Under the pieces are notes generated by a model. The model worked only from the letters and a program-made list of their open reading frames with translations, searched no databases and was not told the DNA's origin. A DNA stretch of 64,000 nt from Mobula hypostoma. Its lineage: Eukaryota. Positions 1 to 13,488 of the stretch are shown piece after piece. Every line of letters begins with the position of its first letter. The first letter of the stretch is position 1. A program made the translations under genes and the position numbers. Where the stretch lies: NCBI RefSeq assembly GCF_963921235.1, contig NC_086108.1:79176001-79240000 (forward strand), written 5' to 3'.

Positions 1-394
1 TCCCTGTCAAATCTTCAGACGGTGTTCCAGACCTCATCCTATGAAGCGTATGACTGCAGTATATTAATGCAACAACGCTGTGTGCATGTTAGTAAATCTT
101 ATTGAAAATTCGGCTGGATATTTAGGGCAAACGGGTACACATTGCTGTCTGCAGTAAACAGGATTCTTAGGAACAGAACAATGCTGTCATTTCAGCCCCG
201 GATCATTAATACAATCTGTGCAAACCCTCGGTGGGGCGGGGGGGGGGGGTAAGAAATTCACTGACAACCAGTGAATGAGGGCAGTGCTAGATTAATGTCA
301 TCATTAGAAGAGGACTTTTGAGGCCACCGAGCACATGATACAACAGGTCAGCAGCAGATGCCATGTCATTCATTGGCTCTTCACTCAACCCTGG

Positions 395-1590
395 AACATC
401 TGGATGGCGAAGATGCATAGATTCAGAATGTTCTTCATTGACTACAGCTCGGCATTCAATACTATCATCCCCTCAAAATGAATCAATAATCTTCAAGACC
501 TTGGCCTCAATACCTCCTGGATCCTCGATTTCCTCACTTGCAGACCCCTGTCAGTTTGGACTGGAAACAGCATCTCCTCCGCAATCTCAATCAGCATGGG
601 TGCACCACAAGACTATGTGCTTAGACCCTGCTCTACTCACTTTATATTTATGACTGTGCGGCTAAGCACAGCTCCAATGCCATTTTTAATTTTGTCGTTG
701 GCCAAACCAAAGTTGGTGACAAATCAGCATATAGGAGGAAGATTGAATATCTGGCTGAGTGGTATCACAACAACAACCTCTCACTCAATGTCAGCAAGAG
801 CAAGCAGCTGATAATTGACTTCAAGAGGAGGAAACCAGAGGTCCATGAGCCAGTTCTCATTGGGTGATCAATGGAGAGGATCAGCAACTTTAAATTACTT
901 GGTGTTATCATTTTCAGAGGATCAGTTCTGTGTCTAGCACATAGGTGCCTTGATGAAGAAAGCATGGCATTGCCTCTGCTTTCTTACAAGTTTGCGAAGA
1001 TTCGGCATGTTGCCTTGACAAACTTCTGTATAGGTGTGGTGAAGCGTATATTGACTGTTTGCAACATGGGTAAAGCCCACCCCACAACTGAGCACATCTA
1101 ACCAGAGTGCAATCACAGGAAAGCAGCATACATCATCAAGGACCACCACCATCTAGGCCATGCTCTCTTCTCGTTGCTGCCATGAGGAAGTAGGTTCAGG
1201 GGCCTCGGGGCCCACATCTCCAGGTTCAGGAACAGTTATTACTCCTCAACCATTAGGCTAATGAACCAGAGGGATAACTTCATCACCCCATCCTCGAATA
1301 GTTCCCACAATAAATGGACCCAGTCTCAAGGACTCTTTATCTCATGTTCTCAATATTTATTGTTCATTTATTTAGTATTATTATTTTCTTTTTTATATTT
1401 GGAGAGTTTGTTGTCTTTTGCACATTGATTGTTTGTCCATCCTGTTGGGTACGGTCTTTCATTGGTTCTATTGTATTTCTCTTATTCTCTGCGAACGCCC
1501 ATAAGAAAATGAATCTCAGGATTGTAGATAGTGACATCTATGTACATTGATAATAAATTTACTTGAACTTTGAACCTTGAATTTTGAATT
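395..1590 (+). mobile_element. Rex1/Babar-clade LINE, 5'-truncated and decayed (RT C-terminal half plus 3' UTR)
   Basis: Broken RT frame reading FIDYSSAFNTIIPSK at ~432-478 and [10 protein letters not shown] at ~598; ends in aataaa plus a (TTGAAC)n-like tail at 1553-1590. Confidence 0.85.
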
Positions 1591-3482
1591 TTAAGTGACA
1601 GGACAGAGCAGATGAACTCTTATCCAGTGATTGTGTTAACTCTTTGAATCCAGACTCACTAACAGCTATTTTGTATTTGATACAAGAAAGCCTGTTTCAA
1701 TCTTGTACATATTACATTTTAAAGTGTATGTAAGCGATAGTCGTGTCATGCATATTTTTCTTAAGGAAGATCTCCAAGCATGTTCAATATTGCAGCCAGT
1801 CATATTTTTGCCACCACAACACCGTTGACTAACACTGGAACTACATTTTCACGTAAGCTTTAAGCTACCTTAACAGTTGTTCAGTATGAGCCACGAGTAG
1901 TGAGGAAATTATTAAAGCCATATTGACACCATGTTGCTATCTGTGAATGGAAAATTTAAAAATGTAAATTCAAAATAAACAGATGTTATATTCAGCCTCC
2001 CCATCTCATCTATTGTTACTCCAGAATTCCTTGCTACTTAGTATGTGACCATTCCATGCATTCAGTGGGAAATGCCTGGCTGTGGTAGTTAACCTGTAGT
2101 GAATCCCAAAGCGATCTCTAGTTCTACTGTGGTCTAGCACACTACACCTCCAACTTATCCTGCTCTGTCAGCAGTTCGCAAATATCCACGAGACAAAACC
2201 CAGCACTTACTCATCTGCACAGTGTTGATGGATATCTGTCTCTCCAGAGTTTCAGGCCCATCTTTTCCACACTGATGGCAATTCTGCTGCCTGGCTGTCA
2301 CTAACAAGGTTTGCAAAGCATTAATTATCAAAACAAATTATATTGCATTTTTGGAATCAAAGCAACACCTTCTGATATTCTCTGCCTCAGATTTCGCATA
2401 AAAATGTGGTGGCTTGTGCTTTCTCAGTCCTCATGACCAACTTGATGCAAAAGATTAAGCAATAAGGAAAACAGAGCTAGAAAATCAGTGAAGGCCTTGA
2501 TGAATCAGATGTCTCAAAAGGCCAAATGACCTATTCCTGCTTCTCTTTCATTTTCACATCTCCTTAAAAAATACAGATTATTCCCTTCACCAAGTAGCTC
2601 TTAACATTCAAATTTGTGATTGTAACATCTTCCATGCCTTCTTCTCTTCGTTGATATTTCCTGTCTATTAGTATTCATCAATGGCTTTATCATTGCTCTG
2701 GATTTCTGAAAGCATAACTTTATGAATCTGAGGAAAGAAAGATGGTTAGTCTGTGTTCATGGCTACTTCTCAAAGCAATGCCGGGCTGCATCTCACATGT
2801 GTCTTATATTCAAGATTTTGCAAGTGTAATCAAAGGCCTCACAAGTGGTCCAAGAGAAAATAAAGCTTCCTTGGCCTGAACATTATTTTAACCTTGTCTT
2901 TGTGAACCTACATAAAGCTTTGAAGTGATTTACCTGCAGTGGGAAGAGGGCATTGGATGATCTGATATATTGTAGTTAAGATCCCCGCAGAGAAATTGTT
3001 GAGCTTTGAAATACCTTACAGTTTGCTTTTCAGCTCTTTGATCCTGTGTACCAGGAGGGAAAGTTCCATCATTCATTCAGAATCTGGAAATTAAAACTTG
3101 ATTCAATGCACTCATTTACAGAAGAAAGTATATACTAGTATTACTGTTGTTTTCCCATTCCAAATTAAGATTGAACTGATTAATTCTGTATCATTAAATC
3201 ATCAACCATTCCTAATGGTTAGAGTCACACAAAGACTGGACTAAGTAAGAATAATGATTTGACAATGATGCAGAATTTGATGGTATTACTTTGTTCCAGC
3301 ATTAAGATAAATACTCTAGCAAAAGGGGGTAGGAAGTATGTCACTTTGCATATGCCAAGTGTCAATTTGTAAGGTATTACAAGATAGTTTGTCCAACAAG
3401 TATATTTTTTACTCTGCACAGACAAAGACTGTAGGAAAACAATTTGGGAGTAAATCCATGAGAGGCATAAAAAAGACTGAAG

Positions 3483-3917
3483 GTGCTTTGGCAGCTTCTA
3501 CAGCCAGAAGTCTTGGTACATGTTGGTACCAATGACATAGGTAGAAAAAGCGAGGAGCTCCTGAAGAGCGAATTCAGGGAGTTGGGTAGGAAGCTGAAAA
3601 GCAGGACCTCCAGGGTAGTAATCTCAGGATGGCTGCCTGTGCCACGTGCTAATGAGTGCAAGAATAGCATCATCAGACAAATTAGTGCGTGGCTGAGAGA
3701 CTGGTGTGGCAGACAGGACTTTGGGTTCCTGGATCATTGGGGTCTCTTCAGGGGGAGGTATGACCTGTACAAAAAGGACGGGTTACACCTGAGCCCAAAG
3801 GGGTCCAATATCCTAGCAGGCAGGTTTAATAGACCTGTTAGGGAGGGTTTGAACAAATTTGGTAGGGGGACGGGAACTGGGTTGAGGAAGGCAAAAACAG
3901 AAATAAATCAAAGATAG
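3483..3917 (+). pseudogene. CR1 ORF1p SGNH/GDSL esterase domain, C-terminal part
   Basis: HVGTND block and DGLHLS (DxxH) catalytic motif, directly upstream of CR1 ORF2. Confidence 0.85.
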
Positions 3918-6376
3918 CGTGCAACAGAGATGATAGAAAGGACAGGCAGGAGATGAGGCATAGTCAGAGCCAGTGGGATGAGTTACAGGGCGATAAAGGC
4001 ATGGTGCAGTTAAAACAGAAAGCAACAAATACTGGACTGAAAGTGATATATTTGAATGCACGCAGCATAAGAAATAAAATGGACTATCTTGAAATTCAGC
4101 TACAGGTTGGCAAGTATGTTGTGGCCATCTCTGAAACTTGGCTAAAGGATGGCTGCCATTGGGAGCTGAACGTCCAAGGATATACGTGTATTGGAAAGAT
4201 AGGTTAGTAGGCAGAGGGGGTGGTGTGGCCCTATGTATAGGAAATAATATTAAATCATTAGAAAGGGATGACATAGGATCAGAAGGTGTAGAATCTCTAT
4301 GGGTTGAGTTAAGTAATGGCAGGGGTAAAAGGGCACTAATGGCAGTTGTTTACAGGCCTCCAAACAGCAGCCGGGATGTGGATTACAAATTACAGCAGGA
4401 GATAGAAAAGGTGTGTCAGAAGGGCAATGTCATGATAATCGTTGGGGTTTTAAACATGAAAGTGGATTGGGAAAACCAGTCCAGTACTGGACCTCAAGAG
4501 ACAGAATTTGTAGAATGTCTATGGGATGGCTTTTTAGAACAGCTTGTTGTTGAGCCCACTAAGGGATCGGCTGTGCTGGACTGGGTGTTGTGCAATGATC
4601 TGGTGGTGATAAGAGAGCTTAAGGTTAAGGAACCCTTAGGGAACAGTGATCACAATATGATTGAGTTCACATTGAGATTTGAGAAACTAAATTCCAATGT
4701 GTCGGTATTTCAGTGGAATAAAGGAAATTACAATGGCATGAGAGGGGAACTGGCCGAAGTTGTACTGGAAAGGGACACTAGCAGGAGGGACAGCAGAGCA
4801 GCAATGGCTGGAGTTCCTGTGAAAAATGAGAAGTGCAAGACGGATGTATTCCAAATAAGAAGAAATTTTTGAATGGAATGGCTGACAAGTGAAGTCAGAG
4901 CCAAAGTAAAGGCAAAAGAGAGGGCATACAAGGAAGCCAAAGTTAGTGGGAAGATGGAGAATTGGAAAGCTTTTAAGAACTTGCAGAAGGAAACTAAGAA
5001 GATCATGAGAAAGGAAAAGATAAATTATGAAAGAAAGCTGGTGACTAATATCAAAGAAGATACTAAAAGTTTTTTTAAGTATATAGAGAGTAAAACAGAG
5101 TTGAGGGTAGATATAGGACCAATAGAAAATGAGGCTGGAGATATTGTAATGAAAGATACAGAGATGGCAGAGGAACTGAATGCATATTTTGCATCAGTCT
5201 TCACAGTGGAAGACATCTGCGGTATACCGGACATTCAAGAGTGTGAGGGAAGTGAAGTATGTGCAGGGAAAATTATGACTGAGAAAGTGCTCAGGAAGCT
5301 TGATGGTCTGAGGGTGGATAAATCTCCTGAACTTGATGAAATTCACCCTCGGGTTCTGAAGGAAGTAGCTGGAGAGATTGAGGAGGCAATAACAATGATC
5401 TTTCAAGAATCGATAGATTCTGGAATTGTACCAGATGACTGGAAAACTGCAAATGTTACTCTGCTATTTAAGAAGGGTGGGAGGCAGCAGAAAGGAAACT
5501 ATAGACCTGTTAGCCTGACATCAGTCGTTGGGAAGTTGTTGGAATCAATTGTTAGGGATGAGATTATGGAGTACCTGGAGGCACATGACAAGATAGGCCA
5601 AAGCCAGCATGGTTTTCTGAAAGGAAAATCCTGCCTGATTAACCTACTGCAATTTTTTTGAGGAAATTACAAGCAGAGTAGACAAAGGAGATGCTGTGGA
5701 TGTGGTGTACTTGGATTCTCAGAAGGCCTTTGACAAGGTGACACACATGAGGCTGCTTAGCAAGATAAGAGCCTGTGGAATTACAGGGAAGTTACTAGCA
5801 TGGGTGGAGCTTTGGTTGATTGGCAGAAAACAGAGAGTGGGAATAAAGGGATCCTATTCTGGCTGGCTGCCGGTTACCAGTGGAGTTCCACAGGGGCTGG
5901 TGTTGGGACCGCTGCTTTTTATGATGTACATCAATGATTTGGACTATGGGATTAATGGACTTATAGCTAAATTTGCCGATGACACAAAGATAGGCGGAGG
6001 AGTGGGTAGCGTTGAGGAAACAGAGAGCCTGCAGAGAGACTTAGATAGTTTAGGGGAATGGGCAAAGAAGTGGCAAATAAAATACAATGCTGGAAAGTGT
6101 CTGGTCATGCACTTTGGTGGAAGTAATAAACAGGCAGACTATTATTTAGATGGAGAGAGAATTCAAAATGCAGAGATGCAAGGGACTTGGAAGTCCTCGT
6201 GCAGGATACCCTAGAGGTTAACCTCCAGGCTGAGTCGATGGTGCGGAAGGTGAATACAATGTTGGCATTCATTTCTAGAGGTATAGAATATAAGAGCAGG
6301 GATGTGATGTTGAGGCTCTATAAGGCACTTGTGAGACCACACTTGGAACATTGTGTGCAGTTTTGGGCTCCTTATT
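3501..6376 (+). mobile_element. CR1 LINE, 5' part (end of ORF1, APE endonuclease, RT); interrupted by an RTE
   Basis: YLNARSIRNK, ISETWL, VYRPPN, SDHNMI (APE); NYRPVSLTSVVGK, KAFDKV, GVPQG, KFADD (RT); several frameshifts; continues at 8463. Confidence 0.95.
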
Positions 6377-8462
6377 AACAGCCAGATGCTGTGCAAATGA
6401 CTACTGACTACAACTATGTGAAAGCATTCAGTCATCATTTAAAATAGGCAACATCCGTGGAGTGTACGAGGGGATTAAGAAAGCCATCGGGCCAACTCAG
6501 AGCAAGACAGCATCATTGAAAACCATAACAGGTGAGACCATCAATGACAAAGGCAAGCAGATGGAGAGATGGGTGGAGCATTACTCTGAACTCCTCTCCA
6601 GAGAAAACAGCATCTCAGACAGCGCGCTAGACACCGTGGAATGCCTGCCTGTCATGGAGGAACTTGGTGCATTGCCAACTGCCGAAGAACTGAGTAAAGC
6701 CATCGACAGCCTGTCCACTGGGAAGGCACCAGGATTGGATGGCATTCCACCAGTGGCCATCAATTTCGCAAAGGGCGTCCTGCTAAACCACCTGCACGAA
6801 CTACTGTGCCAGTGCTGGGTAGAGGGAGCAGTGCCGCAAGACATGAGAGACTGCAACATTGTCACCATATATAAGAACAAAGGGGACAGAAGCAACTGTA
6901 ACAACTACAGGGGAATCTCCTTGCTGAGCATTGTTGGGAAGGTCTTCTCCCGCGTGGTCCTGAACAGACTGCAGGAAATAGCCGAAAGGGTATATCCCGA
7001 GTCTCAATGTGGTTTCACGTCAGAATGCTCCACAATCGACATGATCTTCTCCCTTCAACAGCTATAAGAGAAATGCAGAGAGCAAAGACAACCACTCTGC
7101 GTCGCTTTCATTGACCTTACGGAGGCCTTCGATCTTGTGAGCAGAGACGGCCTGTTCAAAATCCTCGCCAGGATTGGTTGTCCCCTAGGGCTCCTCAGGA
7201 TAGTTCAGTCATTCCACACAGACATGAAGGGCGTCGTTCAGTTCGACGGCTCTTTTTCAGAGGCCTTCAACATCCGCAGCGGTGTGAAGCAGGGCTGTGT
7301 GCTTGCCCCCACCCTGTTTGGCATCTTCTTCGCAGTCCTGCTGAAGCACACCTTTGGTACATCAACTGATAGTGTCTACCTCCACTCCAGATCAGACGAG
7401 AGGCTGTTCAGTCTGTCCTGGCTGAGGGCAAAAACCAAGGTTCGTGAAGTACTCATCAGGGACATGTTGTTTGCAGATGATGCGGCACTGGCAACACACT
7501 CTGAAGAGCAACTGCAGCGCCTCATGGACAGCTTCTCAAGAGCCTGCCAGGACTTCAGCTTGACCATCAGCCTGAAGAAAACAAATGTGTTGGGCCAAGG
7601 CTTTGAGCACCCCACTGCCATCACCATCAACAACTACGAGCTGGAGGTAGTTCACGAGTTTACATACCCTGGCTCCACCATCACAGACAGCCTCTCCCTA
7701 GACCCCGAGATCAACAGACGGATCAGACGAACAGCCTCAACATTCGCTAGGCTGACGAAGAGAGTCTGGGAGAATAGAAAGCTGATGACGCACACCAAGG
7801 TCGCAGACTACAGGGCCTGCGTCCTCAGCACACTGCTTTACAGCAGTGAGACCTGGAGCCTCTACTACAGACAAGAGCGGCGTCTCAACGCCTTCCACCA
7901 TCACAGCTTGAGACGCATCCTGGACATCAAGTGGGTTGACCGAGTCACCAACAATGAGGACCTGGCCCGTGCTCAGGTACCCAGCCTTTTCACCCTGCTC
8001 CAACAACGCCATCTCCGCTGGCTGGGCTACGTACACCACATGTCAGACGGGAGGATCCCGAAAGACCTGCTGTACGGGGAACTGGTCTCCGGCAAGAGAG
8101 CACAAGGGTGGTCCCATCTGCGATTCAAAGATGTCTGCAAGAGAGACATGAAGTCACTGAACACGAATGTCGAGAGGTGGGAGGACATCGCAAGTGATCG
8201 CTCTCACTGGAGGCTGGAACTATGCAGAGGTCTAAAAAGAGGAGAAGAGAAGCTGAGGCTTGCTGCTGAAGAAAAGCACACTTGTCGGAAAAACAGCACC
8301 AAGACAACACTGGAGGACAGCGCCTTCAAGTGCAGTCACTGCAGCCAAAACTGTCACTCCCATGTGGGCCTCTACAGCCACAACAGGCGCTGCTCTAACA
8401 CGGACTGAAGCAAGACTTTCCAGGCACAGATACATGGTCTCGCAAGACTAACGGATGCCACA
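6377..8462 (+). mobile_element. RTE-clade LINE, 5'-truncated, inserted into the CR1 RT C-terminus
   Basis: CR1 text GCTCCTTATT stops at 6376 and resumes (ATT)TTAGAAAGG at 8463; possible 3-bp duplication ATT; short 3' UTR. Confidence 0.95.
6378..8408 (+). pseudogene. RTE ORF: reverse transcriptase plus C-terminal C2H2-type zinc finger
   Basis: Single frame with only two stops (TGA 6405-6407, TAA 7065-7067); NYRGISLLS, FIDLTEAFD, GVKQGCVLAPTLF, LFADD, RWLGYV, FKCSHCSQNCHSHVGLYSHNRRC. Confidence 0.93.
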
Positions 8463-8990
8463 ATTTTAGAAAGGATATACTGATATTGGAGAGGGTTCAG
8501 AGAAGATTCACGAGAATGATTCCAGGAATGAAAGGGTTACCGTATGAGAAACGCCTGTCAGCTATTGGGCTATATTCCCTGGAGTGCAGGAGAATGAGGG
8601 GGAATCTCATAGAAACTTTCCAAATGTTAAAAAGCCTGAGCAGATTAGATACGGCAAAGTTATTTTCCATGGTAGGGGATTCTAGCACAAGAGGGCACGA
8701 CTTCAGGATTGAAGGACGTCCTTTTAGAACTAAGATGTGGAGAAATTAGTTTAGTCAGAGGGTGGTAAATCTGTGGAATTTGTTGCCTTGAGCGGCTATG
8801 GAGGCCAAGTTACTGGGTACATTTAAGGCAGAGATAGATAGGTTCTTGATTAGCCAGGGCATTAAATGATATGGGGAGAAGGCAGGGGAATGGGGATGAC
8901 TGGAAGAATTGGATCAGCCATGATTGAATGGTGGAGCAGACTTGATGGGCTGAATGGCCTACTTCTGCTCCTATATCTTATGGTCTTATG
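8463..8990 (+). mobile_element. CR1 LINE 3' part (continuation of 3501-6376)
   Basis: LERVQRRFTRMIPG...TRGHDFRI; CR1 3' UTR ending CTTATGGTCTTATG. Confidence 0.95.
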
Positions 8991-9439
8991 TAAGAGTGAA
9001 TGGATTAGGGAGGACAAAGATGGATCCCTCTCAGATAAAATTAGAGAATTTATAATGTGATTAAAGAAGTTGCAATGGAATATTTTCTGTATTTCCATGG
9101 GGTGGATACAAAGAACTTCCCAAAAGTACTTGAGAACCAATATCTAGTGCAAATGAAGGACAAAAAGAGATTAGAACGAGTAACAAATAACAAGAGAATA
9201 AATGAGCCTGATAACTGATTAATCCTAATGATCTAATGATCAATCTCCCAGAGCTTTGAAAGAGATTACTACATATATAATAAAAGTTTTTTAGTTCTGG
9301 AATGTTTCCTACAGATTAGACAGATGTGTACTCACTAAGGAAGTTGGCGGAGTGAAAATGGGGATTAACTGAAGTGCTGAGAAAGTAGTTTAAAAATCTG
9401 AATCAGCAATAAAATATGCGATGTTAATTCACTTAGAAA

Positions 9440-9790
9440 ATAATACTGTAACATGATGGAATGACAGTATGGCTCTCAGAATGGGAAATCATGTTTGATC
9501 AATTTCTTGAGGTTCCTTGAGAATGTATCTAGTAGAAAGACACAGGAAACTAGTCAGTATGGATGATGTGAATTTATAAAAAGAGAGAATATTTCTCATT
9601 AAGGATCCAAGAACAGTGAGTCACAGTCTCAAAATGTGAGACTGGTGATTTAGAACTAACATAAAGAGCGATTTCTCTGCTCAGAGGATAATAAACTTTG
9701 GAAGTTTCTACAAACACACCAACCCCCCACCCTCTACCCTCTACCCCCTCCCCCTCCCCCCCACCCTGAGGGCTGTGGAGGCTCAATCAT
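9440..9790 (+). mobile_element. Highly decayed CR1 fragments
   Basis: Remnants of the GKSCLTNLLEFFE and TRGH / FSQRV-like segments. Confidence 0.5.
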
Positions 9791-10080
9791 CAATTCTCTT
9801 GTTGAAGATGATTATTTCCTGTTTGTTTTGGGGGGGGGGTGTTGTAAATACAAGTATAATCTGAATGGATGCAGAATTCATGAATTAATGACACAGATTA
9901 AAAATGTGAGACAGGTCTTATGGTCACCTTGCAATTATGTCTCTGTGTGGCTCAGGTTAGGGAGTTAATATTCTGGTATTTGACATTTAGAGAAAGCTAC
10001 ACAAAAAGGAAAAAAGAAGAGAGACAATCGAACAAAATGTAAGATCAGAATGGTGATGAGAATTGATCTTGATCAAGACA

Positions 10081-10190
10081 GACACGAGATGACAGATGCT
10101 GGAATGTGGAGCAACACGCAAAGTGCTGGAGAAACTCGGGAGGTCCGGCAGCATCTATGGAGGAAAATGGATAGTTGACATTTCAGACGA
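10081..10190 (-). mobile_element. Penelope-like element terminal fragment
   Basis: Homologous to the PLE ends at 24447, 44887 and 62170 (cagatgctggaa...gcagcatctatggagg...gttgacatttc). Confidence 0.75.
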
Positions 10191-10239
10191 AGAAGAAACA
10201 GGATCAGTTTGGGGAGGAATAACTTGCAGCAAGGGAGTT

Positions 10240-11058
10240 GTCTTGATGCCACATGGAAAGAGATAGTATAAATAAGTAAATAGGTAATGGGGGCTTGTAA
10301 GAAAGTTACTATAATAATTGCTGGTAACTTAGATTGGACAAACCAAACTTATAAAAGGTAGCTCTGAGGATTATTTCGTGGATTATATTTGAGACAATTT
10401 CTTAGAATAATATATTGTGGAATCAACCAGGGAGCAGGTTATTTTAGATCTGGTCATGTGTAATGTGACAGAATTAATTAATGATCCTCCGGGGTGATGA
10501 ATGGCGATAACACACAATGTGATATTCAGTTTGAGATCGAGAAATGTGGGTCTGAAACTAATGTCTCAAGCATGAATAAAAGCAATTGAAAAGGTACGAA
10601 AGGCTGGCTAAAGTGGAGTGGGAAAAGAGATTAAAAGGTGAGACAGTAGATAAGCAGTGCCAGGCATTTAAAGAACTATCTTATAATTCTCAACAAAGAT
10701 TGATTCCATTGAGAAATAAAGACTCTACAAAAGGATGATTCATCTGTGGCTAACTAAGGAAATTAAGGATAATATGAATTGAAAGAAAAGACATATAATG
10801 TTATGAAAATTTATCTTAAACTGTAAGATTGTGAACATTACAAAAACCTGCAAAGGATGATTTTAAAAGCAGGAGAACATACAATGTATTGTGACAGTGT
10901 GCTGGCAAGAAATATTAAAACGGACAGAAAGAGCTTCTACAAGTTTTTGAAAGAGAAGAGTATATATAAGATAAACACTAGTCCCATGGATGTTAAGACC
11001 AGAAAATAAAGGAATGGGAGATGACATTAAAAGCATCCCAATAACAAGAGAAAAATCC
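10240..11058 (+). mobile_element. Old CR1 ORF2 fragment (APE C-terminus to linker); left part of an element split by a younger CR1
   Basis: Decayed STREQVILDLVMCN...; ends ITREKIL and resumes at ~19425. Confidence 0.7.
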
Positions 11059-13488
11059 TGTTGTCGTCAGGCTGAAATCAGCGCAAGAAGTCATTCATTG
11101 GTGACGCAGCATCAGTTTTGAAAAGAGCTCCGGTGCTTTTGGCTCTTTCATTGGGCTGAAATCAGAGCGGCACCAATAAAAAGAAGAGAGGTCTAAACAG
11201 AGTGGCCATTGTGAGAGTGGGCCAATGTTAGAGTGTCAGCCTTTGGCTCAACAGGCAGATGTTCTAAGTAAGTAAGTAATATGGTTTCTAGCGATTTTTT
11301 TTCTTCTGTTAGTACATGGCTAGTGTGCTGAGAATATGTCTGGACAGAGTGGTATGTCCTTTGTGTGAGATGTGGGATTGCTGCAAGACCTCCAGTCTCC
11401 CTGATAACTTTATCTCTATGAAGTGCACCGAGCTGAAGCTCCTTAGGTACAGTGTTAAGGAACTGGAGCTGTAGCTGGATAACCTTCAGCTCATACGGGA
11501 GAACGAGCAGGTGATAGATAGGAGTTAGAGAGTGCGGTAGTCACCCCTAAATTGCAGGAGGCAAGTACCTGGGTGACTGTCAAGAGGGGGAAAATAAATA
11601 GGCAGCCAGTGCAGAAAACTCCTGAAGCTTTTCCTCTCAAAATAAGCATACTGCTGTAGATACTGTTGGGGTGATGACTTACCAGCGGGAAGCTGCAGCA
11701 ACCAGGTCTCTGGCACTGAATCTGACTGTGGCTCAGAAGGGAAGGGGGAGAAGAAGAGTGCAGTCATGACAGGAGATTCCATAGTTAAAGGAGCAGAAAG
11801 CAGGTTCTGTGGATGGGAAAGGGACTCCCAGAAGATATGTTGCATAGGGTCAGGGATATCTCGGATCGAGTCCACAGCATTCTAAAGGGAGAGTGTGAAC
11901 AGCCTGAAGCTGAGGTACACATTGATACCAATGAAATAGGTAGAAAAAGGGAAGAGATGCTGAAGAGAGAATTTAGGGGGCTAAGTAGAGAGCTAAAAAG
12001 CACAACCTCCGGGATAGTAATCTCTGATTACTGCCTGTGCCCATGTGCCAGTGAGGGTAAGAATATGAAGATCTGGCAGAAGAATGCATGGCTGAAGAAT
12101 TGGTGCAGGGGGTAGAGATTCTTTTCTGGGGAAGGTATGACCTGTACAAAAAGGACACGCTACACAAGAACCTAACGGGGACCAACATCCTTGCAGGCAG
12201 GTTTGCTAGAGCTGTGGTGGATGGTTTAAAATGATTTGGCAAGTGGATGGGAACCAGAGTGAGAGAGCTGAGGAGGGGCATTTAGTATACAACTAGATAC
12301 AGTGTGTAGTGAGACTGTAAGCAAGGACAGGCAAATGATAGGGCAAAATTGTAGTTAGTAGGATGAGTTGAAGTATAACAGGAGGCCAAAATCAAAAAAA
12401 AGGCTGATGAATACAGGACTGAAGTGTTATATCTGATTGCATGCAGTATATGGAAGAAGGTAAATGATCTTGTAGCATAGTTAGAGATTGCCAGGTGGGC
12501 ATCTCGGAGCTGTGGCTGAAAGAAGATCATAGTTGGGAGCTCAGCATCCAAGGGCACACATTGTATTGAGAGGATCAGCAGGTAGGCCAAGGGGTGGGGT
12601 GGCACTGCTGGTAAAAAATGAAATAAAATCCTTAGAAAGAGGTGACAGAGGATAGGAAAATGTAGAATCCTTGTGGATAGAGTTAAGAAACTGAGAGATA
12701 AAAAACCCTGATGTGAGAGTTACATACAGAACTCCTAACAGTAGCCAGGATATGGGCTACAAATTACAACAGGAAGTAGAAAAGGCATATGAAATGGTCA
12801 ATGAAGTGATAACCGGGGGAAATTTCAGTATGCAGGAAGATTGCGAAAATCAGGTTTTTGCTGAATCCCTGGGAGGAAATTTGTAAAATGCCTATGAGAC
12901 AGCTTTTTAGGGCAACTTATGGTTGAGCACACTAGGGGAATGGTAATTCTGGATTTGTTGTTATGTAATCACCCAGATTTGATTAGGAAGCTTAGGGTAA
13001 AGGAATCCTTAAGAGACAGTGTGATCATAATATGAAAGAATTTACACTGCAGTTAGAAAAGTAGAAGCTGAAATTGGATGTATCAGTATTACAGAGGAGT
13101 AATGGGAATTACTGAGATATGAAAGAGGATCTGGCCAAAGTTGATTAGAAGGGAACACTACCAGGAATGATGCAAAGAGGAATAATGGCTGGTGTTTCTG
13201 GGGAATTTGGAAGGCAGAGGAAAGATACATCCCAAAAATGCAGAAGTGTTCTAAAGGGAGGGTGAGGCAACCATGGCTGACAAGGGAAGACAAAATTAAA
13301 AGCAAAAGAGAGAGCCTGTAATATTGCAATAACTAGTGGGAAGATAGAGGATTGAGAACTTTTAAAACCAACAGAAAAAAAACATAAAATGAGAAAAGAT
13401 GAAATATAAAAATAAGCTAGCCAGTAATATAAGAGATGTTACAAAATGTTTTTTCAGATATATAAGGAATAAAAGAGAGATAAGACTG

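Noticed and set aside
229..249. G-run / G-quadruplex (also the C-rich tract at 9721-9768)
   Set aside because: Simple low-complexity tracts with no supporting context
3483..3917. Host or bacterial GDSL lipase gene
   Set aside because: It is the known esterase domain of CR1 ORF1, present in four decayed CR1 copies here
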